DNA from: Octopus vulgaris
Lineage: Eukaryota
Direction of reading: 5' to 3'
Length of the DNA stretch: 64,000 nt
Assembly: GCA_951406725.2 (NCBI GenBank)
Contig: OX597821.1
Coordinates: 3,596,001-3,660,000 of the forward strand
Part shown: one piece after another, positions 27,996 through 40,699 of the stretch
Position numbering within the stretch: position 1 is the first letter of the stretch
Layout: each line of letters opens with the position of its first letter
Made by a program: the position numbers and the translations under genes
Notes under the pieces: model-generated
Seen by the model: only the letters and a program-made list of their open reading frames with translations
Databases searched by the model: none
What the model was told of the DNA's origin: nothing

Positions 27996-29474
27996 AAGTT
28001 GAAAGTGCAGTGGGAGTCGCTTTGATTTTTATATTTGTAAATATATATTTTTATTTGTATATATATATATTCATGTATGACTCTGCAAGTGTGAAGGTGT
28101 CTGTCGTTTGTATTGATACATTATAGAATCTCATTTTAACGATCATATTAAACCTCATAATTTTGTACTCTTATGCATTTCTTCTCCAAGGAACCAAACA
28201 AATCCATTTGTATATCATTTGATTGTCGTAAGAATGAATATTATATCACTTTCTGTCTATTATCATTTATCATTCATGAAAGAAATTGTTGTGTTCAGCT
28301 GCTGAACTTTCCCTCCCTGTTTATCTTCATGCGAACGTAACTATTGTTATTAGGAGCAGTACCGAAGTTATAATACAAATAGATTACCATAAATCTGATT
28401 CCTGAAATGTATCTAATTTAAATAATATTGCTTTCAAAATTATTTTTATTGGGTTTGATGTAAAGCGGACTCTATGTACAAAATGCATACCAAGGAGATG
28501 TCGAATTTAGGTTATGATTTCCAAGGCATTTTTCATCATCATAAATATAGTGCTGAAATATTGAAGTATTGATAACATTATATTTATTCGAAGGCTTTAA
28601 GATATTGTACGAGTCCACCTACTTCCATATACTTACATCAGATCGGATATTGCTGAAATCAAACAATTATTCTTCGATATGGGTTAGCAAATTATCTCGG
28701 AGGTCATTCTAAGATGAAAGCGAGCATCTTTAGACATTTCCAACTTTGACGACGACGGTCTCTAGTAAAAATTGAACGAGCTTTATGCTATTTGGAACAT
28801 GAATGTAATAAATCGGTCTAAAATGATGATCGAGTTAAAATTGTGTTCTTAATATGAAAGAGCGGATGGGGTTCAGAATGCGTTTAATACACTTTAATGT
28901 ATTAATAGCGAAGACTGTGATAGTAATGGAATTATTGGTTATGGAAGGGGGCATTTGTAATATTATATTAGTAGTATATGTTGTTGTTAGTTTCGGTAAT
29001 ATGGTGACGTAGGCTTGTGTGTGACGGTTACGACGAAACTAATGTTAAGATTACTTAGCATGCAAATGGTACCTAGATGCTGACATCCATAAAGTGATTT
29101 CGAAATATAATGCTAGGCAAATTCACTTTACATCTTATAATATACATTAATCCAATAGCTACTTATAACTTGAGAATACGGTTTCGAGTGCAACAGTAAT
29201 GGATAATATAAATGAATAACCATTCTACTGAAGAAGGAAAGGTCAAGACGGCTATTTGTAGAGCCAGAATGCAATAATAACTGTAATCTAGTCGAAGACA
29301 GATTTTATGTCCATGTGATAGAGACTGCTATTAACGCTATTTCTTAAAGTATAGACGAAGATATAGGGAAACTGTTGAAATAAACATTCAAGAAATGTAG
29401 ACCGAGAACTTTCTGGTGGAAACAGCAATTACTCTATTGTGTAACAATCATATATATATATACATACATACATG

Positions 29475-29526
<52 letters not shown>

Positions 29527-29532
29527 TACACG

Positions 29533-29569
<37 letters not shown>

Positions 29570-29641
29570 GTACACATATATATATATGTATATGAATATG
29601 CATACTTATATCTATGCATATATACATGTGTGCATGCATAT

Positions 29642-29673
<32 letters not shown>

Positions 29674-29679
29674 ATATAC

Positions 29680-29725
<46 letters not shown>

Positions 29726-30239
29726 GCGTGTGTGTGTATATTTATGTGCATCTAAATGTGCATATATATTATGTCTGCATAAATAGAAAATGCCTGTGCG
29801 TTTGTGCCCCTATGTGTATGTTGATAAAATCATAGAAAGAGAAAAAGGAGATTACGATGTAAGGTGCAGACAAACAGATGAATCATATATATATACATTA
29901 TTTGGTGACAAGAGCATGTTAAGTACATAAAAAAGTTTAACAAGTTCACACACACACAAAGACACACACACTCACACCATTCTGACCTCCATACAGACAC
30001 AGATATACACACACATATACACACGCAGCACCATGCCAGATGCCAATCACACACATACCATACATACAGACACACACACAGGCACACACACATCTTCAAG
30101 ACAATCACACACGCGGTTGACAAACGGGTACACATATACACACACCATCCTACCAAATTTTAAAAACACACAGACACATCTATTCACACCACATATGTAT
30201 ATACACACACACAAAGAGACACACACACTCAAACCATCC

Positions 30240-31450
30240 TGACATCTAAATCAATCCCCCAAATCATTGATGCTTGAAGGAGAGACAAAAAGGAGAAATT
30301 CTTTTCAGTTCCACATTACTCCTCCTTCTCCCCACCCAAACACACCTACAGTGTCCCTTGAAATTGATAATATTATTTTATGTTAACATGGTGGACAGGT
30401 CAGTTTTAGCTTCCCTACTATTATAATGTAAACCTTTTTGAACTCATAATATTCTGTGCATGTATACCAATATTCCACTGAACTTTTTAATAATTCCTTC
30501 TGGAAATTATCTTGAGAATGTATAATATATTTGTTGTAATCTTTTGTGCCCAATATTTCAATGAACTTGTTAAACTTTTTTTATGTTCTTAACATGCTCT
30601 TGTCTCCAAAGAATGTATATATATGTTTTGTAGTACTCTGTGTCAACCGATATTCTGTGGGTGTTTGAATATACAGATACAATACCAATATCCCACTGAA
30701 CTTTTTAATAATTCCTTCTGGAATCTATCGTTAACATGTTCTTGAGAATGATTATTTATGCTGTAATCTTCTGTGCCCAATATTTTAAGGAACTTGTGAA
30801 ACTTTTTTATGTCCTTAACATGTCCTTGTTACCAAAGACTGTATATATGTAATGTATCATTTTGTAACAACCAATAATTAACGCAACCAAACATGTTACT
30901 TTTGACAATCTTTTTCCAAAGAGTGAAACCGGTAAAGTAAATAAATATCTTTTAAAATTGCATTTCCAAACCTTCTTTCGTAAACAATTCCACTCGTGCG
31001 GTACCCCACAACTCCACTTTGTTATATATAAACATCACATGAGTCCCGAAAATGCCACCTAAGACACAACAAGCAGACATTTAATGAACCAAAATATACT
31101 AAGAAAATTACAAGAAATCTCCTCGAAACTTTCAACCCTAATCAACAAAGTCCAACAATCGCACTTATACCTAAATGGACTCCTGGATGCTAAAACAGCC
31201 AATCAAACCCCTGACATCATCCCAACACTACAAAATCTAATCAAATCTATAGAGACAACAATACTCCCAAAGCAGGAAGAAACTAAAGACTGCATCTCAG
31301 TTTAAAACACTTACAAACACCTGGATTAAAAATCTCAAAGCACGCAAATTTGCTTTCTGGAACTTCATAAAAAATAATAACAAAGCAGACATTTATGAAA
31401 AGTCGCTCAACTCCACCCCTATCATTCTACCCAGAAAACTGCAAATAATA
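30240..31450 (+). mobile_element. Probable Penelope-like fragment: ~215 bp internal tandem repeat, hammerhead-like motif (30896-30940), start of an ORF
   Basis: 30465-30626 is similar to 30683-30850. Motif TTACTT-TTGACAA-tcttt..aaaga-gt-GAA-ACCGGT-A-AAGTAA. Downstream broken ORF MNQNILRKLQ... / NTWIKNLKARKFAFWNFIKNNNKADIYEKSLNSTPIILPRKLQI. Confidence 0.5.
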
Positions 31451-31451
31451 T

Positions 31452-31554
31452 TTTGCCGAACCGCTAAGTTACAGGGACGTAAACACCAGCATCGGTTGTC
31501 AAGCGATGTTGCGGGGACAAACACAGACACACAAACGTATACACACACACGCGC

Positions 31555-31648
<94 letters not shown>

Positions 31649-31790
31649 GCGACGGACATCTTTCAGTTTCCGTCTACCAAATCCACTCACAAGGCTTTGG
31701 TCAGCCAGAGGCTATAGTAAAATACATTTGCCCAAGGTATCACGCAGTGGGACTGAACTCGGAACCATGTGGCTCGTAAGGAAGCTACTT
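31452..31790 (-). mobile_element. SINE family A, body (its head is displaced to 35362-35398 by nested insertions)
   Basis: Matches the family A reverse complement up to GGAACCATGTGGCTCGTAAGGAAGCTACTT, then breaks. Confidence 0.9.
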
Positions 31791-33764
31791 TATTTCATAA
31801 AATTTGTCATCATAGACAGTACAAAGAGTGTGTAGCTTTGCGGGCTGGACAAACACATTAATGAATGGAAATGAAATAGAATGAATAAATGAGAGACGAA
31901 ACCCAACACCCGCCGATTGGAGTTTGCTCGAAAACTTATTTTCTTTTTTAAAAAATCAATATGAGGTTTCAAACCTCTTACAAGAAGGAGGCAGTATAAC
32001 CTCTTACTTAACATGTGTTTTTGGGTTTTTTTAAACACACAATTGAGGTTATAAACCACTACAAATAATACAATAAGATGAGGTTTCAAACCCTATAACG
32101 AGGGTCTTTCACCTCCTACTCTTCGATATATCCATCGATATATTCATCATTATCTTCAATGCCGCTTGAGTTCCTGTATCCCACCATTTCCCATGCCTCA
32201 TTCATGTAGGACATGTAAGTCGTGTAAGGGCCACCCGGCCATATGCGACACTCCTCCCCAAATCCTTTAAGCCTTTCCCACAAGGGAAACCTTATGACCT
32301 CCACAGCTATCTGCGGAGGCCATTCGGGATCCCGTGTGAAGGGCATATCTACTGTCTCTTTATGTTCTTCTACTATGTTTTCCACCTCCCCGCCCTTATA
32401 GAAAAAGATAATTAATTGATCATCTTTAAAGGTGGGGCTGGTTTATTCCACCGTGGGTGGCACAACTTCGGGACATGCAGACGGCACATCATCTCCCCGC
32501 TGAGACGACCCGTTCTTTTTCCTTCTTTTTTTCTTTTCTTCCTGACTTCGGGAGAGTGGAGCTTAGGTTCCTTTTTAATCCTTTTTGAGTTGAGGAGGCT
32601 GAAGCGTCCTCGACCACTTCCACCTCTCCCTTTGACCGGGTAGGGGAGGTGGAATCTAGTGACTGTTCCAGGACCTTACCATGGTCCTTGGGGCAGTTCC
32701 TTTTAATGTGGCACGAGTGACACTTGGGGGGACGTCCCTCAAGTATCACCGGATACCTGAGGCCAGCCATTTTCAAGAAATCTGGAAAAACCAGATCTGT
32801 TGCGGCCGATGGGGTCCACAGGGTCAAAATCGCTTTTGATCCTTCCCAATCGACCGCCGGCAATACCCTTACATTTAAGAGCCTGTGCCCGCCATCCCCC
32901 AGTCTCCATCGGATGGTATCTTCAATCCAATCCGCTTCGGTGTCTGGTGGTAACCTACATACCCAGGCTCGTATTAATTTTATCCCACAATATGACGGAA
33001 GGAACAGCATTTCCTTGCCTTCTAAAGGCTGACTCGCAAACTGGCGAGCCTTTTCCCCGTTGTCAAACAGCAACCATACGGTTGCATGCTTGACACCACG
33101 AGATATATATTTTAAAGAGGATAAATATTCTTTAAGTTCATTTTTTATGATTTGTTTTCGGAAGACGGTGATGGAATTAAAAACTTTAGAGTAAGTTCTA
33201 AGTACCATCGTCTTCTCCTCCATATCTTTTAACCACTGCTTAAGCGGGTTGATTTCCCACTCTACGACAGAGTTTTTATTTTTAAGTTCCTTCTCTGCCA
33301 TGTCAAAAATCAGTTCAGAAGTAGTTCAAAAGAGAGTCTGCAAAAAAATTAAACCGAATAAAAAAATAAAACAAAATAAAAGAGTAGAGGGGGAAACTGA
33401 AATTAAAGTAATGAAAAGAATGAAACAAAATTTAGAAAGAAAGAAAAATAGAAGGGAAAAGTAAACGAAAAACCTCACAAGTAGCACAGACAGGGGATCC
33501 TTTGTATAATACTCCAAAAAGGTAATCCAAATGGCTTTTTCTTATTTTTCTGGCGAGATACGCCCACTAGAATTTACAAGAAGAATTTTCAAGCAAAAAT
33601 TCTCAATTCACCTTAACAGTGACGAGAACCCAGTATTTTGCTCGCTATAGCGAGCCATAATTTACAATTTTTTTTTTTGTACTCTTTTATCTATTCACGG
33701 AGCCAAAACTCACATCTTCTCACTGTAACAGTCCAGACCAACTAGAGTTGCATTCTGGGTAACC
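31791..33764 (-). mobile_element. ORF1-only (non-autonomous) Tx1/L1-like retroelement, family 1
   Basis: 5' UTR, gag-like ORF, and 3' end ...TTTATGAAATAA joined to the SINE target. Flanked by GTAAG(G/C)AAGCTACTT repeats. No RT or endonuclease motifs seen. Confidence 0.7.
32489..33301 (-). CDS. ORF1/gag-like nucleic-acid-binding protein with a partly deleted CCHC knuckle (270 aa)
   Basis: ORF track. GRPPKCHSC-HIKRNCP followed by a basic low-complexity tail. Alignable with the paralogue at 34835-34190. Confidence 0.65.
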   Translation of the reverse strand: MAEKELKNKNSVVEWEINPLKQWLKDMEEKTMVLRTYSKVFNSITVFRKQIIKNELKEYLSSLKYISRGVKHATVWLLFDNGEKARQFASQPLEGKEMLFLPSYCGIKLIRAWVCRLPPDTEADWIEDTIRWRLGDGGHRLLNVRVLPAVDWEGSKAILTLWTPSAATDLVFPDFLKMAGLRYPVILEGRPPKCHSCHIKRNCPKDHGKVLEQSLDSTSPTRSKGEVEVVEDASASSTQKGLKRNLSSTLPKSGRKEKKKEKERVVSAGR

Positions 33765-33783
33765 GTAAGTAAGCAAGCTACTT

Positions 33784-33973
33784 TATTTCATAAAATTTGT
33801 CATCATAGACAGTACAAAGATTGTGTAGCTTTGAGAGCTGGACAAACACATTAATGAATGAAAATGAAATGAAATGAATAAATGAGAGACGAAACCCAAC
33901 ACCCGCCGATCGGATTGTTCTCGAAAATATATTTTCTTTTTTTCAAAATCAATATGAGGTTTCAAAACTCTTA
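33784..33973 (-). mobile_element. 5'-truncated second copy of the family-1 3' end
   Basis: Close match to 31791-31980. Preceded by GTAAGCAAGCTACTT at 33769-33783. Confidence 0.85.
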
Positions 33974-35360
33974 GAATTGTTGTAAATATATGTGCTGCCC
34001 TTGTGGCAAATTAAATTAAATAAAGTAGCTTGTAAGATGTTATAGTCCCACTTGCGGCTACGTCGGCGGCCCAGGAACATCCGCCGACCGTCCTATGCTC
34101 CACTTTTTCCTCTCTCTTTTTGATGCTGCGGGAGCAGGGGGCTGCGTCGACAGACGCAGGGGCGTCGTTACCCTCCTCCGCCGCCTATACATTCTTTGGT
34201 GAGCAACCATTGTTGATCACCTTTCTTTTTCTTTTCGTGGAGGAAGTTGCCTCCACGACTTCCACCGTCTCCCTCTCCAATGAATGGGCGGCGGACATTT
34301 CCTCTTTTTCATGCTGCAGGGCCTTACCACGGCCCTTGGTACAGTTCTTACTGATATGGCCAGGCTCCAGGCACAGGTGACATTTGGGGGGAGGGGCGTC
34401 CCTTAAGTATCACCGGGTACCTGTACCCGGCAATTTTTAGGAAGTCTGGGAATGTCATATCTCCCACGGCCACCGGGGTCCACAGGGTCAAAGTTGACCG
34501 CATACTCAGGCACTTCTTATCTTCCTTCCACAATAAGTGGAGAGGAACAAAATTTCATCTCCCTCAGGGGGCTCGTTAGCAATTCTGCTAACTTCCTCGG
34601 GTGTACCAAAGAGCACACACACCGTTGCAAATTTGGTCCCCCGTGAAATAAATTTTATAGTTGGCAGGTAGTCTGCCAAACCTCTCTCTATTACGCTCTT
34701 GTCGAAGAGGGCGATGGCACCACACGGCCTAGAATAGGTTCGTAGTACCACCGTCCTCTTCTCAAGATTTTTAATCCACTGTTTGGGAGGGATAACATCC
34801 CACTCCAAGGCAGTGGCTTCATTCTTCCTTGCCATGTGTAAAAAGTTCAAACAAAGTTCACATTAGATTTAAAAATGAAGAAAGATACAAAAAAGAAAGA
34901 AGACACAACAAAAGGGAAGAAAAAATAAAATAACAGTTCAATAAAGTTTTTGTTCCAAACCAAATGATAGACATGAAGAAGAGGTCAAATGATAACAAAG
35001 AAAACAATTTTCGGCCGAAAGGTACTCCTTTCCACAGAAATTTTCAAAAAACAATTTCTCACAGTTATGTGAGAGAACACACACGTCTCCACCGCAAGGC
35101 AGACAAAAAGCTCCGAATCCAGTAAGGACTCTTTGCTAGTACAAAAAGATAAACTTACAAGCAACAAATCCTACTGGACTCAAGGAGCAAAGAGTCTTAC
35201 CTTAAAGTATGGCGTCTTTTAATTTTCGCCAGCTGCACACCAGCGTTACTTCAACAGGTGCGTGAAGAACACTTTTTGTTATTTTTTCTTTTTAGGATGG
35301 AGCTCAAATTTCACGTCCTCACTGCTCACTTGCAAGAAGTCGACTAGACGCGCATGAGCG
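33974..35360 (-). mobile_element. ORF1-only Tx1/L1-like element, family 2, with locally inverted 3' tail
   Basis: ORF1 MARKNEATALEWDVIPPKQWIKNLEKRTVVLRTYS...FPDFLKIAGYRYPVILKGRP, frameshift, then PKCHLCLEPGHISKNC (intact CX2CX4HX4C). Tail plus target bases lie on the + strand at 33974-34032. Confidence 0.7.
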
Positions 35361-35361
35361 G

Positions 35362-35398
35362 AAGCAACTACTTACCACACAGCCACTCCTACGCCTAT
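35362..35398 (-). mobile_element. SINE family A 5' head (continuation of 31452-31790)
   Basis: AAGCAACTACTTACCACACAGCCACTCCTACGCCTA is the reverse complement of the head seen at 10242-10275. Confidence 0.9.
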
Positions 35399-35901
35399 AT
35401 TATATCATGTAATATATTTTAGATGGAGTGATGAAGATAAAAACGTGTTCGTGTTGTGTAGTTAATCGCAAAGAATCACGAAGATATGTTTGTTTTGGTA
35501 CGTTGTTCGAGACGAGCAAAACACAACATAATTTTGGCAATGTCAATAGTGCTTCTGTAGTTGTGATCCTATGTAGGAGGGAAAAGTTTCTTGAGGTATA
35601 CCAAGATTGCAAAATCAGTGAGTATAGAAGCGTAGAATTGTTAAACTTTTAGAGTGAATGTAACTTTACTTGTTCTGTCTATGCTCTGAATTCAAATACC
35701 AACAAACACAAATTTATTTTCCATTATAACCGGAACGATAAAAGATAATTGATCCGTTTGATCATTGCCAGTGTTGGACCCTTTATTCACTATAAGGGCC
35801 TGAAGTTCCCAGTACCTAGAGGTTGTATGTGTATATACATACATATAGATGTGTATGTGTGTTTTAGACATATGTGTACAGGCACACACATACACCCCAA
35901 T

Positions 35902-35990
<89 letters not shown>

Positions 35991-37632
35991 TGTATGTATG
36001 TATGTATCGTATTTCTTTTCTGGCCCGCTGATTTAGAGTGTTATACTCACGTTTCTAAATAGACGGCTAAAATCTCAAGTTCTAGTTTTATTTTGCTCTC
36101 TACAGGGCATCTATAATTCTTCTTAATTTATTTCTATGACATTGTGTTTGAACCGTGAATGAATGAATATCTGACGAAAACAGGTTATAATTCTCTGGCG
36201 GATGTAACAGTTTGACTCGTAAATTTTACAATTACATTCAATTGTGCCTCCTGTTCATTAGATCGGGCTAATGTGGAAGTTTTCCATTCACACTGAATGT
36301 AACATGGTCTAACCACGAGATTTTGAGTAGTGTAGCACGTGCTTTGCTTTATGAGATTTATACATCCATTAGGTACTTGATTAATGTTATGTTTTTTGTG
36401 ATTTTTGTTTCATTGGTGCGGATGGGTTTGCACGCGTACTGTTCTAAGACCTGCAAGGCTATTTGCTTTGCCATTCAACGACGTTAACGGTTAAAATTTC
36501 CGTATTTAGGCTTCTTTTATTTTTTGCTAAATTAAAAGTTCGATTAAGAAGTAATTTGAATTCCGACATTTTGTACATGCAGGAAACTCCGTTCACCACT
36601 TTTGATATTTTTGCTGTTTATAAAGTGTTATTTCCTATTGCTGTACAAATGTTTAAGAGAATGATCAAAATATATCCTTAATTTATGCTAGAATCATGTA
36701 TGGACGTAAATATGAAATCCTCACAATTTTTACTCACAGACTAAATGCTGTTTTCTCGAGAGTATATTCTGCCAAATAATTAGATCGAGAAAATCAAATC
36801 AGGAATACGTTGAATCATACGGGTGTACCATCCGGTACTAAATTAAGCAGAACATTTGCCTTCCCGATGTTGAAACTCAAACAGACAAGAAAATAGTATA
36901 CATACTTGCAAATTTGTATTATACATAACTAGATATACAAAGAAATGTACAAGGGCTATATTATGTATCTTAATATATATACAAAGCTGAATGTGAGAAA
37001 GTTATGTGAAAAGGATGGAAACTAGCATTAACGTATTGCCTCCTTTTAAAATTCATTTGCGACGTAAAGACAATTATCGGGGATTATCGTTGCGTGTTTA
37101 TATGGACATATGCGTATATGTGTGATAAAGACGGACATCGTAAATAGCAAAGACTGAATCTGCTGTTTATCACATGATATCTCTTCTTTTGATTATATTG
37201 CGCCACTTAACATGTCTCGTATCTTCAATGAATCTAAGACTTCGGAAACATTGTTTTTCCCTTTAAGTCTCTCACTTTATTTCCATTTCACTATGTACAC
37301 TTATATAGATACATAAATATGTAAATTTCAAACGTATAAAATTGAATTTCTCTGTCTGTCTGCCTGTCTCTCACTCTTTCTCTCTCTCTCCATCTTTCTC
37401 CCGCTCTCTATCTCTCTGTCACTTTCTCTCCTTTTATAACTTTATGTATGTATGCATGCAAGTTGTTCACAACTCCATATAGTCAACTGCATTTTTCACA
37501 AATTTGTAACTTATATGCTTGACTTAGATAAGAGCCACAGGCAGGGTCCCAGTTACTGAAAGCTGAACGCGTCTTTCACGGCAAGCCAGGCTTACAGGGA
37601 CCGGATTACCACATTGCTAATAAAGCAAGTTA

Positions 37633-37633
37633 A

Positions 37634-37706
<73 letters not shown>
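37633..37706. repeat. (TATC)n microsatellite
   Basis: Directly visible. Confidence 0.95.
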
Positions 37707-37915
37707 AATCTGTCTGTCTGTCTGTATGTCTGTCTGTCTGTCTACAAAATACCTACGTATCAATGTATCTCTCTATCAATGTTTTTGCATATGTGTGTTT
37801 CGGGATGTCTTGGCGTATGTGTTTATGTAAGAGATGGGTATACATGGATAAGTAGCTAAAATTACTGGCTTATAAACGTCGTAATCTAGAATCTCAAGTG
37901 AACATGTACATGTGA

Positions 37916-37957
<42 letters not shown>

Positions 37958-38089
37958 ATACACAGATAAATAGTTCTACCAAGCCATCTAGCTGTCTCTG
38001 TCTCCCCAGGTTAATGACTGGAATAGTTAAAAGATAATATATATATATATATGAGAGATTCATATACGTAATGTATTATACACACACAC

Positions 38090-38120
<31 letters not shown>

Positions 38121-38648
38121 TGTATGTATGTATGTATGTATGTATGTATGTATGTATGGGTGCTGGATTTTGTGAAAGTCTGAATGTGTGTGTCCGTCTG
38201 TGTTACAGTTATCAATATGTGAGTATGTTAATTTAATTTCTTAATTCAGTTGTCAATACTGCCGATCAATTCATAAGTAATATTGACCCAGTAAATTTGT
38301 TATTGGAATGGTGACTCCAACTTACACACATACACACACACACATACATATACACACGCACACACACACACTCATATATATATATATATATATATATTTA
38401 TGCAAATGTATTTATATAGACACACGCGTACACATATGTATTTCTATGTACAAGTCTATACATTTATGTATATAAACATGGAAACATACATATATACTTA
38501 AATGTTTACGATGAAAATTATTTTGTTACGACTGAGTGAATGGCTTTTTTGTCGATATGTGTAATATGTATACATGGTTGCATATATATATATATATGCA
38601 TAGTTATGAACGTATATGTGTGAGTATGTCTGTGAATGTGTGTATATA

Positions 38649-38690
<42 letters not shown>

Positions 38691-38768
38691 CATACATGTA
38701 TATATATGTATATGTATCTGTTTGTACGTATACATATACATTTATACACACCATACATATATATATAC

Positions 38769-38893
<125 letters not shown>

Positions 38894-38983
38894 TATATGC
38901 ACATCCATATATACATATGTAAGTGGGTAGATTGAAGTGTGACGTTCCTAAATGAGGAGGAGTGAGAAAGAGATTCAAACGGG

Positions 38984-39024
<41 letters not shown>

Positions 39025-39836
39025 CGAGAGACAGCGAGAGAGAGAGATAAACAAAAAATGTGAGGAATCCCAAAAGGCAATTTGTGTCAATATGTCCTTT
39101 TAACCCTCTAACTTATATTATTTCAAAAAGAATTATCTATTTGTTCGTTTGTCATGTTTGAATAATACATTACAATTACTCCGTTTTCGAAACAATCGAC
39201 GTTATATATTTAGTTGCGTATCGCAGACCAATAACTTTTCATTTCTACTTCATTTTTGCCTCGTTCTATGTTAATGTTTTCCCTTATTTAATATTGTTGT
39301 TGCATATTTTTGTTCTCTATGTTAGTGCCCTCTCTCGCTCCCTGCTTCTTTCTCTGTCTCTTCATATATATACCCACATATATATGTACATACATACATA
39401 ATATATCCATATATCTACGTGTGTGTGTATTGTATATGCGAATGTGTGAATATATGATTATATATTTGTGTGTGTCTGTGCATATGAGTAAGCTTGAGTT
39501 TGCGCACTCGGGATGGTGTATCTAAGTATATTTGTGTGTACGTATGGAATAATTTTGCTCTTGTTTTACCTTTTTTTCGCCCTCTTATTTTCAATCAAGA
39601 AATGGAAATTTCATGTAAGTGGATGTTATTTTGGGTCGAAGTCAACAAAACAGTTAATTTCCTATCTTCATTCTCCAATATAAATATACACACATATATA
39701 TACATATTCATACATACACACATACATGCATAAATACAAAGACACATACATATGAATGCCCACACACGTATGAATACATATATGTATGTATATGTATGTA
39801 TGCAGGCATAGATATATATATATATGTAAGTATGTA

Positions 39837-39890
<54 letters not shown>

Positions 39891-39981
39891 TTTATTCATG
39901 GGCACATACATAAACATATACATACATATGAATGTATATATACATATATATATAAGTATATATATATTGATATATATATAA

Positions 39982-40031
<50 letters not shown>

Positions 40032-40663
40032 GTATACATGCATACATACCTACATAAAGACACATAAACATAAATACAATCATACATATGTATGCATACA
40101 TACAAGTGTATTTGCTCATTGCACCCATATTGCAACCTAATTTATTCTAGTATAATTCTCATAAATATATCATTTTTTGCCCTCTTCTCTTGTGTGTGGA
40201 AACATATATATATATGTATGTATGTATGTATATATATGTATTTATGTATGTTGCGTGCTTTTGGTTTTACATATTGTTATTACTCGAATTTGTAAGTATG
40301 TGTGGCTGTGTATGTGTGTGTGTGTTAAGGTATGAGGAAATGGAACGCAAGAACTGAAGTTACTATATTCTTTGTGTTAACTTTTTTTTTCAAGATCAAC
40401 AATAGACATTAGTAGTAAAAGGCACACCTAAATGCACACATTATACAGAAAGGTATTTTTTGTATGAACACACACACACACACACACACACAAAAGATGC
40501 AAATATATATATAAAGAGAGAGAGATGTGTTATAGATAGATAGAATGTGAGAGAGTTAAAAAGATACAGTATTTGACAAGTAACTGCGTCTCGTCGTGAT
40601 TACAATTGATGTCAACCTTTTGTGCTATCTATAAAATTCTTAAATCATTCGTACCATGTGAAT

Positions 40664-40699
<36 letters not shown>

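Noticed and set aside
28631-28665. 16 nt minus-strand micro-exon (tttcag|...|gtaagt)
   Set aside because: Splice-like motifs alone are expected by chance in 64 kb, and there is no supporting frame or homology.
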